Of a stretch of DNA of 64,000 nucleotides, positions 1 to 12,183 are shown piece after piece. The first letter of the stretch is position 1. The number at the start of each line of letters is the position of its first letter. Below the pieces are notes generated by a model. The model did no database searches, was not told the origin of the DNA, and saw only the letters and a program-made list of their open reading frames with translations. The translations under genes were made by a program, and so were the position numbers. This DNA is from Candidatus Bathyarchaeota archaeon (GTDB taxonomy: Archaea > Thermoproteota > Bathyarchaeia > Bathyarchaeales > DTEX01): the NCBI GenBank assembly GCA_963714275.1, contig CAVQNT010000005.1, forward strand, positions 64,001-128,000, read 5' to 3'.

Positions 1-1596
1 TGAACTGGGCGCTTCAGAACGATGTTGGATTCACGAGCTTCATTAGCTTGGGAAACGAGGCTGACTTGAACGCTGCAGACTTCCTCGAAGCCTTGGCTGA
101 CGACGAACAGACAAGAGTGGTGGGACTATATGTTGAAGGCGTCAAGAACGGATGCCGCTTCATCGAAGAAGCCAAAAAAGTTTCCGAAAGGAAGCCTGTT
201 ATTGCGTTGAAGGCGGGGACAACCGATATGGGCGTGAGAGCCGTTTCTTCTCACACCGGTTCGCTTGCTGGTTCAGACACAGCTTTCTCAGCTGCTTTCA
301 GGAAGGCTGGCGTACTCAGAGTCAACACGTTGCGGGAACTTTTTGAGCTCGTTCTAGCTTTCGAGGACCAGCCGTTGCCCAAAGACAGAAACATACTGAT
401 AATAACTAATGGCGGCGGTCCCGGAATCTTGACTGCTGACGCCTGTGAAAAAGTGGGTTTAGGGCTGCCGTTGCTCGAGTTTGAAATTATAGAGGAACTA
501 CGAAGTTCCCTTCCGCCTCACGCGAGCCTAAACAATCCCTTGGACGTTTTGGGGGACTCGGATGAAAGCCGATACGAATTAGCCTTGAAGGCTGGGCTTA
601 AAAGCCAGAACATAAACGGAGTCATAGTCATTTTGACTCCTCAAGCCATGACGCCTTCAGACAAGGTTGCCGAGGTTATCGCTAAGGTCAGGGGATCATC
701 GGATAAACCAATTATTACTTCATTTATGGGGCTCGACGACGATTCTGTTGCTGTAAAAACGTTGTTGAAAAACAATATTCCTAACTATCCTTTCCCTGAG
801 TCAGCCGCGTTTGCCCTTAAGATGATGTATGAATATGGTTCGATCCTTAAGAAACCAAGCGAAGGGCCATCATTCTCTACGCAGATTGACGTTGAGGCTA
901 TTAGGCAAATTCTTTCTGAAATACGCGCTGATGACAGGTTAGTTCCCACGATAGATGAATCTTTCAGGATTGCACAACAATGCGGGATTTCGGTGCCTAA
1001 AGCAACGATCGCTAAGTCTTCAGATGAAGCAGGACAAATAGCAGATTCAATCGGTTACCCCGTCGCATTGAAAGCTTGTTTCTCCCGAAATTCTACACAA
1101 AACAGATTTGGGAGGAGTCATGCTCAATATTACCTCATGTGCCGAAGTAGAGCGGAATTATGACATTATTCTAGGCAAGATACATGGTTTGATGCCTCAA
1201 GCCAGAATATTTGGGATCCTCGTTCAGAAGATGGTTCTTAAGGGAAAAGAGGTGATTGTGGGCGCTGTTAGGGACGCCCAATTCGGTCCCCTTATGATGT
1301 TCGGTTTGGGAGGAATTTACGTCAACTTTCTGCGAGACGTTTCGTACCGTTTATGCCCTCTCACAAAATCGGAAGCAAACGAGATGATTGAAGAAACAAA
1401 AGCATACACCCTTCTTAGAGGCGTAAGGGGAGAATCGCCGTCTGACGTCGATTCGGTGGTTAACGTAATCCTAAAGGTTTCGCAGATCATGAGCCAGTTT
1501 GAAGAAATCGTTGAGATGGAAATTAATCCGTTGTTCGTTTACGAAGAGAAAAAGGGATGTGTTGCAGTAGACATAAAAATGGTAATAACTAAGTGA
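1..1596 (+). CDS. ADP-forming acetate/acyl-CoA ligase, alpha-beta fusion (5' truncated by window, one frameshift near 1072)
   Basis: SHTGSLAG phospho-His motif, TNGGGPG, NNPLD; ATP-grasp part HKTD-GGV, FGPLMMFGLGG, EINP; a single extra base joins the two ORFs. Confidence 0.9.
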
Positions 1597-1618
1597 ATAA
1601 CGTAAGAAGGAGAATGGT

Positions 1619-2686
1619 ATGAACAAAAAAGCAATTTACATAGCCTCAACCAAGGAACTTGCAGGAAAAAGCCTCGTAACCGTAGCATTAGCTTCAATTG
1701 CTAAAGACTTGGGTCAGAACGTGGGCTATTTTAAGCCAGTAGGCGTGGAAAGTGCAACGGACGAGAAAGGAGAGCCACTTGACGAAGACGTTGAAACGAT
1801 GAGAACGATTCTGAACATAAAAGACGAAGTAAATTCCGTGTGTCCTCTTGTAATCCGAAAAGACGCGTTCATCGAGCAGTTCACAGATGTTGAAGCTTCT
1901 GAGGTTGTGAAAAAGCTAGAATTGGCTTATAAAACGGTTTCTCGGGGAAAAGAGTTAATCCTGATCGAAGGTCCTCCCACCTTGTCTGTTGGGGCTTTCC
2001 TCGGTTGCCCAGTGCCTAAGTTGGCTGTTGTTTTCGACTCAAAAATCCTTCTTGTTGAAAAGTTTGAGGACGATCTTATAGTTGATGATGTCCTCCAAGC
2101 TCGAGATTACTGCACGAAATGGAAGGCTGAACTATACGGTGTCATTTTGAACCAGGTTCCTTCAGCCAAGATGCTGAAAGCCAGAAACGTCGTTAAACCC
2201 GCCATTGAAAAGAACGGAATAAAAGTCATAGGCATAATTCCTGAAGACAGAACGATTAATGCCCTCACGATCAACGAAATCTATGCAGCAATCGGAGGAA
2301 AAATCCTAGCAGGCAAAGACGGCATGGAAAAAACAGTTTCAACCGTCCTCATAGGCGCGATGACTCCAGAAAGCGCAGTCAGGTACTTCCGGAAAGCCAA
2401 GAACGAACTAGTCATAACTGGAGGAGACAGAACAGACATTATATTCGCTGCTTTAGAGGCAGGCGTTTCCGCTCTTGTCCTTACAGGAAATCTGTATCCC
2501 AGCGTAAAAATTTTTCCACGAGCCGATGAACTAAAGTTACCGATGATTCTTGTGCCATTCGACACGTATAATACTTTACAGATAATTCAAAAAATCGTCG
2601 GACGAATTAAGCCTACAGATAATGTACGGATAAACCGAGCTAGAAAATTAGTTAAAGAAAACGTAGACTGGAAACAAATCCTCTAG
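1619..2686 (+). CDS. Phosphotransacetylase-family protein (BioD-like N-terminus plus DRTGG domain)
   Basis: AGKS P-loop, GYFKP, ITGGDRTD; this family typically neighbours ACD genes. Confidence 0.85.
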   Translation: MNKKAIYIASTKELAGKSLVTVALASIAKDLGQNVGYFKPVGVESATDEKGEPLDEDVETMRTILNIKDEVNSVCPLVIRKDAFIEQFTDVEASEVVKKLELAYKTVSRGKELILIEGPPTLSVGAFLGCPVPKLAVVFDSKILLVEKFEDDLIVDDVLQARDYCTKWKAELYGVILNQVPSAKMLKARNVVKPAIEKNGIKVIGIIPEDRTINALTINEIYAAIGGKILAGKDGMEKTVSTVLIGAMTPESAVRYFRKAKNELVITGGDRTDIIFAALEAGVSALVLTGNLYPSVKIFPRADELKLPMILVPFDTYNTLQIIQKIVGRIKPTDNVRINRARKLVKENVDWKQIL

Positions 2687-2736
2687 AACGATTAAAGGTC
2701 GAACTAGTCGCATACAACAAAAAGGGAAGAATCTAT

Positions 2737-4516
2737 ATGCCTTTGAGACAGCCGATTGTTTGCGTCCTTGGACATGTGGACACTGGAAAGACACTTCTGC
2801 TTGACCAAATACGCAAAAGCAGCGTACAAGCGAGGGAAGCCGGTGGAATGACGCAACACATCGGTGCCAGCTTCTTCCCGGTTGAAACACTGAAGGAATT
2901 AGCAGGTCCGCTTCTTCAGAAGTTTGGTGGAGACGTAAAGATTCCAGGTCTTCTAGTGATTGATACGCCTGGACATGAGGCGTTCGCGAATTTGAGGCGT
3001 CGTGGAGGTGGAGTAGCAGACATAGCAGTCTTGGTCATTGACCTTCTGAAGGGGTTTGAGGCTCAGACTCTCGAGTCCATTGAAATTCTGAAGTTAAGGC
3101 GGACGCCCTTTTTGGTAGCAGCGAACAAGGTCGACCGAATCGCAGGATGGATTTCTCAACCCAATTCTTCTTTTTCGGAGTCTTTTAAGAAACAGGACAA
3201 ATTTGTTCAGCAATCTGTGGACGAACATTTGTACACCATTATTGGAAAATTTTCCGAAATGGGGTTCAGAACAGACAGGTTCGACAGAATCACGGATTTT
3301 ACGCGTACCATCGCTATTGTGCCAACAAGCGCCAAGACAGGCGAGGGCATTACCGAATTGGTGGCAGTCCTAACAGGGCTTACACAGCAATTCCTCCAAA
3401 GCAGACTGCAGACAACGAAGGGTCCTGCGAAAGGCACAGTCCTGGAAGTCAAGGAAGAGGTTGGACTAGGCGTTACAGTCAACGCGGTTATCTACGATGG
3501 CGTCCTACGGAAGAACGACACAATCATCTTAGGCGGAAAAAGCGGACCGATCGAAACAACGGTCCGTGCCATTTTATTGCCTAAACCTCTTGATGAGATT
3601 AGGGATCCGAGAGACAGGTTCTCGGTAGTGGACGAGGTTTCCGCAGTCTGCTGGCGTAAAAATTGTTGCGCCCAACCTTAATGAGGCTCTAGCTGGCGCT
3701 CCTCTTTACACTGTTCCCTCAAAAAATAAGTTAGCATCGTACTTTAACGAGGTTTCAGACGAAGTACAAAAAATCCGAGTGTCAACCAACGTTGACGGCG
3801 TAGTTCTAAAAACTGACGCTTTAGGTTCATTGGAAGCGATAGCTGAGAGCCTACAGAATGAGGGCATCCCCATTCGGCTGGCAGACGTAGGCGACATTTC
3901 AAAAAGGGACATCACCGAAGCTGCCGCTGTAAAAGAAAGTGAACCCCTTTACGCCGCGGTCTTAGGCTTTAACGTGAAAATTCTTCAGGACGCAGAGGAA
4001 GAAGCTGAAAATCGGAAGGTCCCAATTTTTCGAGAGGTCATAATCTACCATTTAATCGACGAGTACCTGAAATGGATGCGAGTAGAAAAAGAAGCCCGCG
4101 AAAAACACGAGTTTGAAAGGCTTATAGCACCAGCCAAAATCAAGGTCCTGCCAGGCTATGTATTCAGGAAAGCAAAACCAGCCATAGTCGGAGTAGAAAT
4201 TCTTGCCGGAAAAATTAAGCCCAAGGTACGATTGGTCACGGTCGAAGGGAAAGAGGTAGGTGAGATACTTCAAATCCAAGAAAAAGGCGAAGCCATTTCC
4301 TCAGCTGAAGCTGGGAAACAGGTTGCTGTCTCTATCGATAAACCTGTAGTGGGTCGTCAATTTAACGAAGGAGACACGCTTTACGTTGGAGTGCCAGAGG
4401 AACACGCGAGTAGGTTACAGAAGAAATTCCAGGACCGACTGGATCCAGCTGAATTGGAATGCCTTAACGAATTAATCGAAATAATGCGGAAGGCGACGCC
4501 TTTCTGGGGCGCTTAA
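2737..4516 (+). CDS. infB: Translation initiation factor aIF5B/IF-2 (single-base frameshift near 3647)
   Basis: GHVDTGKT, TQHIGA, DTPGHEAF, NKVD; C-terminal half KTDALGSLEA lies in the next frame. Confidence 0.95.
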
Positions 4517-6055
4517 CAATAAACCTTTAGACACTTCGTTTTAACTATTTCCACTTTCCCAGTCTCTATGATTTTCCGAAATATTTCAGTACTCTTTCTC
4601 AGTGTCCTCTTCTTTGTTTTGAGGTCAACAGCGTAAAGGCCAAATTTCATGCTGAATCCTTTTGCCCACTCATAATTGTCGATTAGTGACCAGTAAAAGT
4701 ATCCTCGCAGATCAATTTTTTCTTCGTTTATGGCTTTTTCTAACATTTCTAGGTGATCCACAAGGAACTGTCGTCTAAGCGTGTCTTCAGCGTCAGCTAT
4801 ACCATTTTCAGTTATATACATTGGTTTTCCGTATGCTTTCATCTTAGTCAAGGCTTCCAGTATTCCCTGCGGATAAATTTCAGACCCAAAGTCAGACGTT
4901 GGCAGCCCATCGTGAGACTTGCTTCTTGGTTCACAGGCAAAGCCATACCCTCTCTGCAAATCTGGCAACACTGGCATTCCAGTCGCCAACCTTACAAGAA
5001 GTGATTTTTTGCCCCTGACCACAAGACGTGTATAGTAGTTCACGCCGATCCAGTCCACCTTGTTTCTCATGTATGCCTTTGCTTCCTTCTGCTTTCCTCC
5101 AAAATCAAATTCTAGTACGCCCTTCGTCACAGATTGAACGAAGTAGTTGTTGTGCATGAAATCCATGACCTCGGCTGCTTTGAGGTCGTCTTCCTTGTCA
5201 GTCAGCGGTTTCATGGGAATGACATTTTGTATTAACCCAACATTGGCTGCAACTGAGCTGTCATCGTCAGCTTTGATGGTGTCCACCCTCTTCACCGCAT
5301 CGAACGCACGTGCATGCGCTAACGCCAAATGAACAACAGCCTTCTTGTATGCCCCAAAATTTCTAGTTGCGGGCGGAAAACCTGACTCTTTCATGAGATA
5401 ACAGGCTTCAGGCACAACCGCAGGTTCATTGAATGTTGCCCAGTTGTCCACGACGTCGCCTAGTTTCCAAGCAGCGTAAGCCGCATATTTAGTGAATTCA
5501 ACCACGGAAGTCTCATCTATCCAACCTTTCGGACCTTTTCTAAGATTAATGTCGCGAGCAACTATGGGATCATGAATCCAAAGAGGAAGCGTAAAATGGT
5601 TGAGGCAGACGAAAACCTTGAAACCTTTTTGTCTTAGGTCCCCAATTATGTCTCTATAATGGTCTAATGCCTTATTATCCGCGACCTTTTCGAGCCTTTG
5701 AAGAGTTCCTTCATTTATGTTAATGTCTGCGATGTTGCCATCAGAAGCCCTTTCAACGCCCACTTCAATGCTCGTTGTGCTTTTAGGAAAAATTCGGCTC
5801 CATTCCACTCCTATCCTGAAAGCGTTGAACCCAAGTTCCTTAGCTGATGTCGTGGTCTTGCTTGTACATGTGCCAGTAGTCCACGCCATCCTCGGGAAAG
5901 TCTCCGTTGACTATTCCTTTCTGAATGTTCTGTTTGTCATGCACCCATGCATACCAATCTGTGTTGGGGTCCAGACCGTATTTTGCAGAGTCGCCCATCT
6001 CAAACTGGAACCCGCTTGTTGACGCACCCCACAGAAATTTTTCAGGAAAAACCAT
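4513..6055 (-). CDS. Glycoside hydrolase family 1 beta-glycosidase (frameshift near 5845)
   Basis: [18 protein letters not shown] acid/base, YITENG nucleophile, DNYEW. Confidence 0.93.
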
Positions 6056-6257
6056 TTACACCATCTTCTACAAAAGCATTAAAAAATATTACTAAATATT
6101 TGTGTCAACCTCGTCAATTCATTAACAATAATTCATCTTTTTGGCTTAAATTATTCGCTTAATGGATGTGTCACCGATAGCTGAGCTAGCTAAAATGTTG
6201 AAACCCAGAAAACCTTATGTTAGCGTTAAAACTTAGTAAAAAAAGAAGCCTTTTAGT

Positions 6258-6479
6258 TTATTCTCTTCTTCGCCAGTATATTAGGAATACGACTGCGGAA
6301 GCGGCAGCTCCAGCTGCAGCAACAATGAATAAAAGGTATTGCGTCACGAACATTATTATGATGTTCAGCCACGTGTTGTTCACGATGAACTGTCCAGACG
6401 TACTGGTTGATGGCAGGTAAACGCTATCGCCTGCGAGCCTAGCGCGCGCTAAGACCCTCATGTCTTGTTTCCTGTGCAA
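6258..6479 (-). pseudogene. Fragment ending in a C-terminal transmembrane anchor with basic tail
   Basis: Hydrophobic helix followed by WRRRE; no convincing start or N-terminal part. Confidence 0.35.
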
Positions 6480-6722
6480 GTGCTGTCCATCCGTAAATAA
6501 GTCAAGGACGATGTTGTCTAATTCGAAGACGATTGCTGATGGCTAAAATAGTTATTAACGAACCATCTGAATCAAAAGATAGTCAGAAATCCACATGATA
6601 AAAAATCATTATTACTGAAAAAGATATTAAAATTAAAAAAAATGGATAAAGAATCAGCCAAAGCTGATGACCAAGTCTATCCACCGAAAGCCGTAGTCTA
6701 TTACTGGATTTCTGTATTGTTT

Positions 6723-6990
6723 TTAGCTACTGGCGGACGATCTTTTAGATACCGCTCCAACGCTAAACGTGAAGCCACAGTTGTCACATCCGATTGTGTA
6801 GCGGCCCGCTTGCTTTAGTCTTCTAGAGCGGCACTTCGGACAGCTGAAGCTTAGTTGTTAGCTCTTCGACTGACTCTTCTGTGGCAAAAAACAATGTGGG
6901 AGATTTGAAGGCTTTCATGGCAATATATAGGATTATCACTACAGCAACGGCAGCGAATATTAGTATCGCATAGGTTATAGGGTCGTTGAT
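6723..6990 (-). CDS. Small membrane-anchored Zn-ribbon protein downstream of ftsZ (missing from ORF track, one frameshift, start uncertain)
   Basis: Manual translation INDPITYAILIFAAVAVVIILYIAMKAFKSP...EELTTKL / SCPKCRSRRLKQAGRYTIGCDNCGFTF; AGGAG upstream. Confidence 0.65.
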
Positions 6991-7022
6991 ATTACCTGTC
7001 TCCTAAACGCTTTACCATTCAT

Positions 7023-8105
7023 TTATTCGCTGAAAAGCTTCCCGAAGAATCCTTTCTTAGGTGCCTCTTGCTTGACCACATCGACCTGTTGTCCTACTCC
7101 AGTAGGACCTTCTAACACCCCAAAGGGCGAAAGATTTCCTACGAGGAACGGACTTTCGACTCCTGCCAAGACCACTGTTGCACGCATGCTGCCTTGCCTT
7201 TGGCTGTTAACTCTAGCGCCCCATGACACTTTTGCAGTTGGAGAGATCCTGCTTATGACGATTTCTCCAGCTCTGTTGACGTCTTCTAGGGTCATGTCGT
7301 CGCCGCCTTCAATGTGGATCAGAGCGCCCTCAGATTTCTTGATGTCGCCTATGTCGAGTAATTGTGCGTCTAGTGCTCTTTCAACAGCGTCTTCTACCAT
7401 GGTGTCTCCTTGTCCTTCGCCAACACCCATCGCGCATACTCCGCTTCCCATCATAATCGCTTTCAAGTCAGCGAAGTCGAGGTTCACGAGGCTTGGGGTA
7501 GCTATGGTTTCAGCAGTGTTCTTTATGAAGGTTGCAATCAGTTCGTTGGCAACCGCGAAAGCTTCTGTAAGTGGCAGGTTACCAGCGACTTTTCTGAGTC
7601 TGTTGTTGTCAATCACGATAACTGCGTCGCATACTTCAACTAGCCTTTTTAGACCTTCCTTTGCCTTCAAGAGCCTTGCTCTTTCAACAGCGAAGGGCGT
7701 TGTGATTACTGCTAGTGTCAGAGCACCCATTTCCTTTGCTAGTTTTGCCACTACCGGAGATGCGCCTGTTCCTGTTCCACCGCCGAGACCAGCTGTTATG
7801 AAGACTAGTCCAGCGCCGGACAATAGTTTCTCGATTTCTTCGACGGTTTCTTCAGCAGCCTTTGCACCTTGCTCTGGGAAACCTCCGGCTCCGAGACCAC
7901 CTGTGACTTTGTATCCGAGGAGTATTCTTTGGTCAGCCTTTGTTATGCTTAGGTGTTGTGCGTCGGTGTTCATTCCGTAGATCCTTGCGCCTGAGACTTC
8001 TTTGTTTTTCATCCAAGATACGATGTTGCATCCAGCTCCACCGAGTCCTATTACAGCAATCTGTGGGATAGCTTCTCTGGCTATTTCTTCGATACTTCGT
8101 TCCAT
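7023..8105 (-). CDS. ftsZ: Cell division protein FtsZ
   Basis: GLGGAGCN, NTDAQHL, GGGTGTG tubulin signature, NLDFAD T7 loop. Confidence 0.97.
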   Translation of the reverse strand: MERSIEEIAREAIPQIAVIGLGGAGCNIVSWMKNKEVSGARIYGMNTDAQHLSITKADQRILLGYKVTGGLGAGGFPEQGAKAAEETVEEIEKLLSGAGLVFITAGLGGGTGTGASPVVAKLAKEMGALTLAVITTPFAVERARLLKAKEGLKRLVEVCDAVIVIDNNRLRKVAGNLPLTEAFAVANELIATFIKNTAETIATPSLVNLDFADLKAIMMGSGVCAMGVGEGQGDTMVEDAVERALDAQLLDIGDIKKSEGALIHIEGGDDMTLEDVNRAGEIVISRISPTAKVSWGARVNSQRQGSMRATVVLAGVESPFLVGNLSPFGVLEGPTGVGQQVDVVKQEAPKKGFFGKLFSE

Positions 8106-8374
8106 ATTTTCTGTCTCCTTTTATAAATTTTCTTTTTTCTGAAAGTTCGATTTTTAATTATTCAACCGTGGATATAAAGCTTTCCAAGAGTTAATAAAAT
8201 TTACTGACAGATGAAATAGAATAATAAACTATATTACAACACTAGAGTAATAATAAATATCATTAAAATATAACCTTAGAACTAATCTTAAGGTTACATG
8301 AATATCATTCAAAAGTTAATTTATCAATAACTTTTATATACTAAAAAGGCTAAATCTTCGCTGAGGAATTTGCC

Positions 8375-8566
8375 TTGGCCGAGCAAGGAATAGAAACGAA
8401 AGATTACGATGAGATCGTCGTGAAGCTTGCCGTATCAAAAGACTACCTTAGAAAGCTCGAACTGTTAATAAACGTAAAAAGAATATTCTCAAGTAGGGCT
8501 GAGGCTTTAAGACGGTCATTAGAGCTACTATTTGACAAGTACCAAGACGCTTTGAAAGAAAACTAA
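8375..8566 (+). CDS. Ribbon-helix-helix (CopG/CdrS-like) regulator
   Basis: 63 aa; beta-strand VVKLAV followed by helices with FSSRAEALRRSL; divergent from ftsZ. Confidence 0.7.
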   Translation: MAEQGIETKDYDEIVVKLAVSKDYLRKLELLINVKRIFSSRAEALRRSLELLFDKYQDALKEN

Positions 8567-8734
8567 TAAAGACTTCACTCTACAGCATCACAAAATCTTC
8601 GTTCAATCGCCCAACCATTTTATATTTTCTATTCTGTAGCGATCAGCATTTATCTTAATGATACAACTCGCCCGAAAGAAAAGAAAATAATGGATAAAAT
8701 GTACGCGACGAGAATAATTGTTGCAATTACAATT

Positions 8735-9370
8735 TTAACCCATTCTAATGTTATCAAGTTTAGGTGTTAAGGCATCTGGAAAAGGCAGCATGAACCAAGT
8801 ATTAGATTTATAGTTTAGGTATGCTTCACCAAGTTTTTTTGTTAAGCCTTGTTCTTTAAAGTAAGCCATCAAAACGTAAGCATATGTCATTGTTCCCCAC
8901 GAAATCAATGATATCGGTCTCGCAGTCCTTAACGAAACTCCGAGAATTAATACAATTATGCCAAGATATTGCGGATGCCTAAAGATTCTATATAGTCCTT
9001 TCGTTAACAGAGCGCTACGATCTTCAACCCACAAAGCGAAGCTCCAAGAAAATATGGCTGTGCCAATCAACATTAGAATCACGGAAACTGCGATCCAAAA
9101 CGTGACTAATGGTTGTTTTATGAGGTCAGCATATAGGTATGTGAGGAAGTATAACGAACTCCCTCTACCAAATGGGTCGGATGTGTCCCGTAAAAATGGC
9201 CAAGGCAGTGTCATGACGTAATGTAGGCCTAACGGGAAAAACATAATGTATAATAGCGGATTTACGAGAATCCATATAGAAGGAATGGTTGTGAAGTAAA
9301 AATTTATTAGCATGGACGCTTCACGAATCCGCTTCCTTAGCATGCTCATTCGGTTTCCCGCCTTCATCAC
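8735..9370 (-). CDS. Isoprenylcysteine carboxyl methyltransferase/PEMT-family membrane protein
   Basis: LLTKGLYRIFRHPQYLG motif and several TM helices. Confidence 0.8.
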   Translation of the reverse strand: MMKAGNRMSMLRKRIREASMLINFYFTTIPSIWILVNPLLYIMFFPLGLHYVMTLPWPFLRDTSDPFGRGSSLYFLTYLYADLIKQPLVTFWIAVSVILMLIGTAIFSWSFALWVEDRSALLTKGLYRIFRHPQYLGIIVLILGVSLRTARPISLISWGTMTYAYVLMAYFKEQGLTKKLGEAYLNYKSNTWFMLPFPDALTPKLDNIRMG

Positions 9371-9472
9371 GTAAAATCAATAAATATTCAAAATCATATA
9401 ATGATACATCGAATAAATTATTTAGGATTATTTAACCACATTTACCAAATTGACGAAACATTGTTTAAAACT

Positions 9473-10267
9473 TTACACAAATTTTCTAATATAATTCAAA
9501 GCATATTTCAATGAGCCATCAATGTCCGTTGCAAGTTCAAATTCCATGACCATATATCCATCGTAACCAATTTTTTTTAACGCATCAATAAACTTCTTAA
9601 AGTTTATGATTCCCTTACCTGGAGTTAATCTATCATTGTCTGAAAGATGAACGTAAGCCAACCTTTCACCAGCTATTAAAACGGTTTCTTTGAGAGAGTC
9701 GTTTTCAGCGTGAATATGGAAAATATCAGCCATTACAAGAATGTTGTTTTCACTGACTTCATCGAGCATACGCAACGCATCAGCCATCGTGTTAACTAAC
9801 TGGGCATTCTTTTTACAGGCAAATTCTACAACGAAAACTGTTCCATACTGCCTGCATAGACGACTGATTTGTTTAAGGCTTTTCACAGCTTGGTTCCATG
9901 TGTCATCGTATGGGGCTTCCAGTTTTGAGCCTTGAAAAGCCCATCCCGCTTGAATGATGTTGCAGTTTAGCTCGTTAGCAATGTTCATACACTCAGTCAT
10001 GTAGGCAAATGCCCTTTTTCGGACACCCAAACTAGGAGAAGCAAGGTAAAGACCGTGCGTAACATTCAAATGCCTCGTACCTATCGCAGCCACTTTCACG
10101 CCAGTTTTTTGTAACGAATTTTTTATTAAATCCGTGTTCAATTTAGACGGCCATTCCTTAAAGTTGAGTTCAATGCCCTGATAACCTAGAACCGAGGCTT
10201 TCTCGACAATTCGGTGATACGGTAAACCAGAGTTTTCGTACATGACTGTGCTGAAACCTAACAACAA
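9473..10267 (-). CDS. Sugar phosphate isomerase/epimerase (AP endonuclease 2 TIM barrel)
   Basis: VVE, ADIFH, YVHLSDNDR-PG-G, GY-G-MVME motifs. Confidence 0.88.
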   Translation of the reverse strand: MLLGFSTVMYENSGLPYHRIVEKASVLGYQGIELNFKEWPSKLNTDLIKNSLQKTGVKVAAIGTRHLNVTHGLYLASPSLGVRKRAFAYMTECMNIANELNCNIIQAGWAFQGSKLEAPYDDTWNQAVKSLKQISRLCRQYGTVFVVEFACKKNAQLVNTMADALRMLDEVSENNILVMADIFHIHAENDSLKETVLIAGERLAYVHLSDNDRLTPGKGIINFKKFIDALKKIGYDGYMVMEFELATDIDGSLKYALNYIRKFV

Positions 10268-10407
10268 ACTTGGCGCACCTTTTTTTACGGTCTAACCTAT
10301 TTTTAGTGTCTAAGTAATAAACTTGATTAGAATATGAAAATAAAAAAAGGGGGCTCAAAGTATTTTATACTTTTACGACCCGATTTGAATATTCGCTAGT
10401 TTATTTG

Positions 10408-11800
10408 CTATATCATTTTTTTAAGTTCGTCCAACCATGGGTACAGTTTCTTGAGTCTCTGCATTGCTTCTGCCACTTTTTCTTGAGGATACTCGTAGGG
10501 TTGAAGTTTGCCATTTAGGTAATCATCATACGCTTGCATGTCGAAATACCCGTGTCCACACAGCAAGAACAGAATAGTCTTCTTTTCTCCGGTTTTCTTA
10601 CACCTCAAAGCTTCGTCGATGGCGCCCTTGATAGCGTGAGCAGGTTCAGGAGCCGGAATTATGCCTTCACTTTGTATGAAGATTTTAGCCGCATCGAACA
10701 CTTCAACTTGGTTGTACGCCCGTGACTCCATCTTCTTTTCCGAGACCAGTCGACTTATTGTAGGAGCAATTCCGTGGTAGCGTAAGCCTCCTGCGTGAAT
10801 TGGGGCAGGAATGAAATCGTGGCCGATAGTGTGCATTGGGACCAAAGGCGTCAGTCTCGCAGTGTCTCCGTGGTCAAATGTGTATTCTCCTTTTGTCACT
10901 TTTGGGCAAGCTGTGGCTTCGATGGCTATGAACTTGACGTCTTTCGGCGCTTTTCCAGTAACTTTATCATAGTAGAAGGGCCAGAAGAGTCCTGAGAAAC
11001 TGCTTCCGCCACCTATACAGCCAAATATTGTGTCCGGGTAATCGTCCACGGATTCTAGTTGCTTCTTGGTCTCTAATCCGATTACTGTCTGGTGTATGAG
11101 AACATGGTTGAAAACGCTGCCTATGCCGTACTTGACACCTTCTTTTTTTAGGGCATCCTCGACAACTTCGCTTATGGCGATTCCTAAGCTTCCCGGACTG
11201 TTTGGGTCTTCTTTGAGGATTTTTCTTCCGCTTTCTGTTTTGTCACTTGGGCTCGCGTAGACGTTTGCTCCATAGGATTCCATCATTATTCTTCGGTATG
11301 GCTTTTGGTTGTAGCTCGACTTTGACCATGTAAACTGTGCACTTTATTCCATACATCATACAACCGAAGGCTAAGGCAGAACCCCATTGACCAGCACCAG
11401 TTTCGGTGGACATGCGTTCCGTTCCTTCCTTCATGTTGTAGTAGGCTTGAGGGATAGCAGTGTTAGGTTTGTGGCTTCCCGTGGGACTGACTCCTTCGTA
11501 CTTGTAGTAGATTTTCGCAGGCGTCTTCAAAGCCCTCTCAAGTCCCAAAGCCCTGAAAACAGGCGTGGGTCTCCAAAGATTATAGATGTCTCTCACTTCA
11601 TCGGGAATGTCAATCCACCTGTCCTTACTCATTTCCTGAGCGAGGATGGCCTTCGGGAAAATCAGGGGAATAATTCCCGGTCCAGGCGCCCGTTTGTCTG
11701 GTTCTATGGATGGAGGTAAAGGTTTTGGCAGGTCAGGAAGAATGCTGTACCATTGTTTGGGTAGTTCTTCTTCGTCTAGCAATATTTTTCTTTGTTGCAC
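10408..11800 (-). CDS. trpB2: TrpB2 tryptophan synthase beta-like PLP enzyme (frameshift near 11317)
   Basis: [32 protein letters not shown]. Confidence 0.93.
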
Positions 11801-12183
11801 TTTTGTTCACCATTGTTTTATTCGTTATGAATCTTTTGCACACATTCGTCATATTTAAATCTTACGAGTACACTTCTGTTCATAACAAAAACCATAAAAA
11901 CAGCCATCACAGAAACCTTGAATAAAAGAAATAATCTAAACAAACAAATATTAAGCGCATTTCTATAAAAAAATCTATACACAATAGAAACTAACACAAA
12001 TCAATGAACAAATGGCCTAAAACAACTGAATAAACGTGCCTTAAAATGGTTGTTTTTCACAGTGCTCTGGTATTGTCACACAAACGGAAAACTCGAATGT
12101 TTCACAAAACAGACCAGTCAGAAAGCGTAGTTAAACCATCGCGCCTTATAAAATAAATTCTATATTGATTATAAAAATCATCG

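Noticed and set aside
7072-7980. 302-aa antisense ORF over ftsZ
   Set aside because: Shadow ORF from codon bias; S/P/T-rich with no motifs
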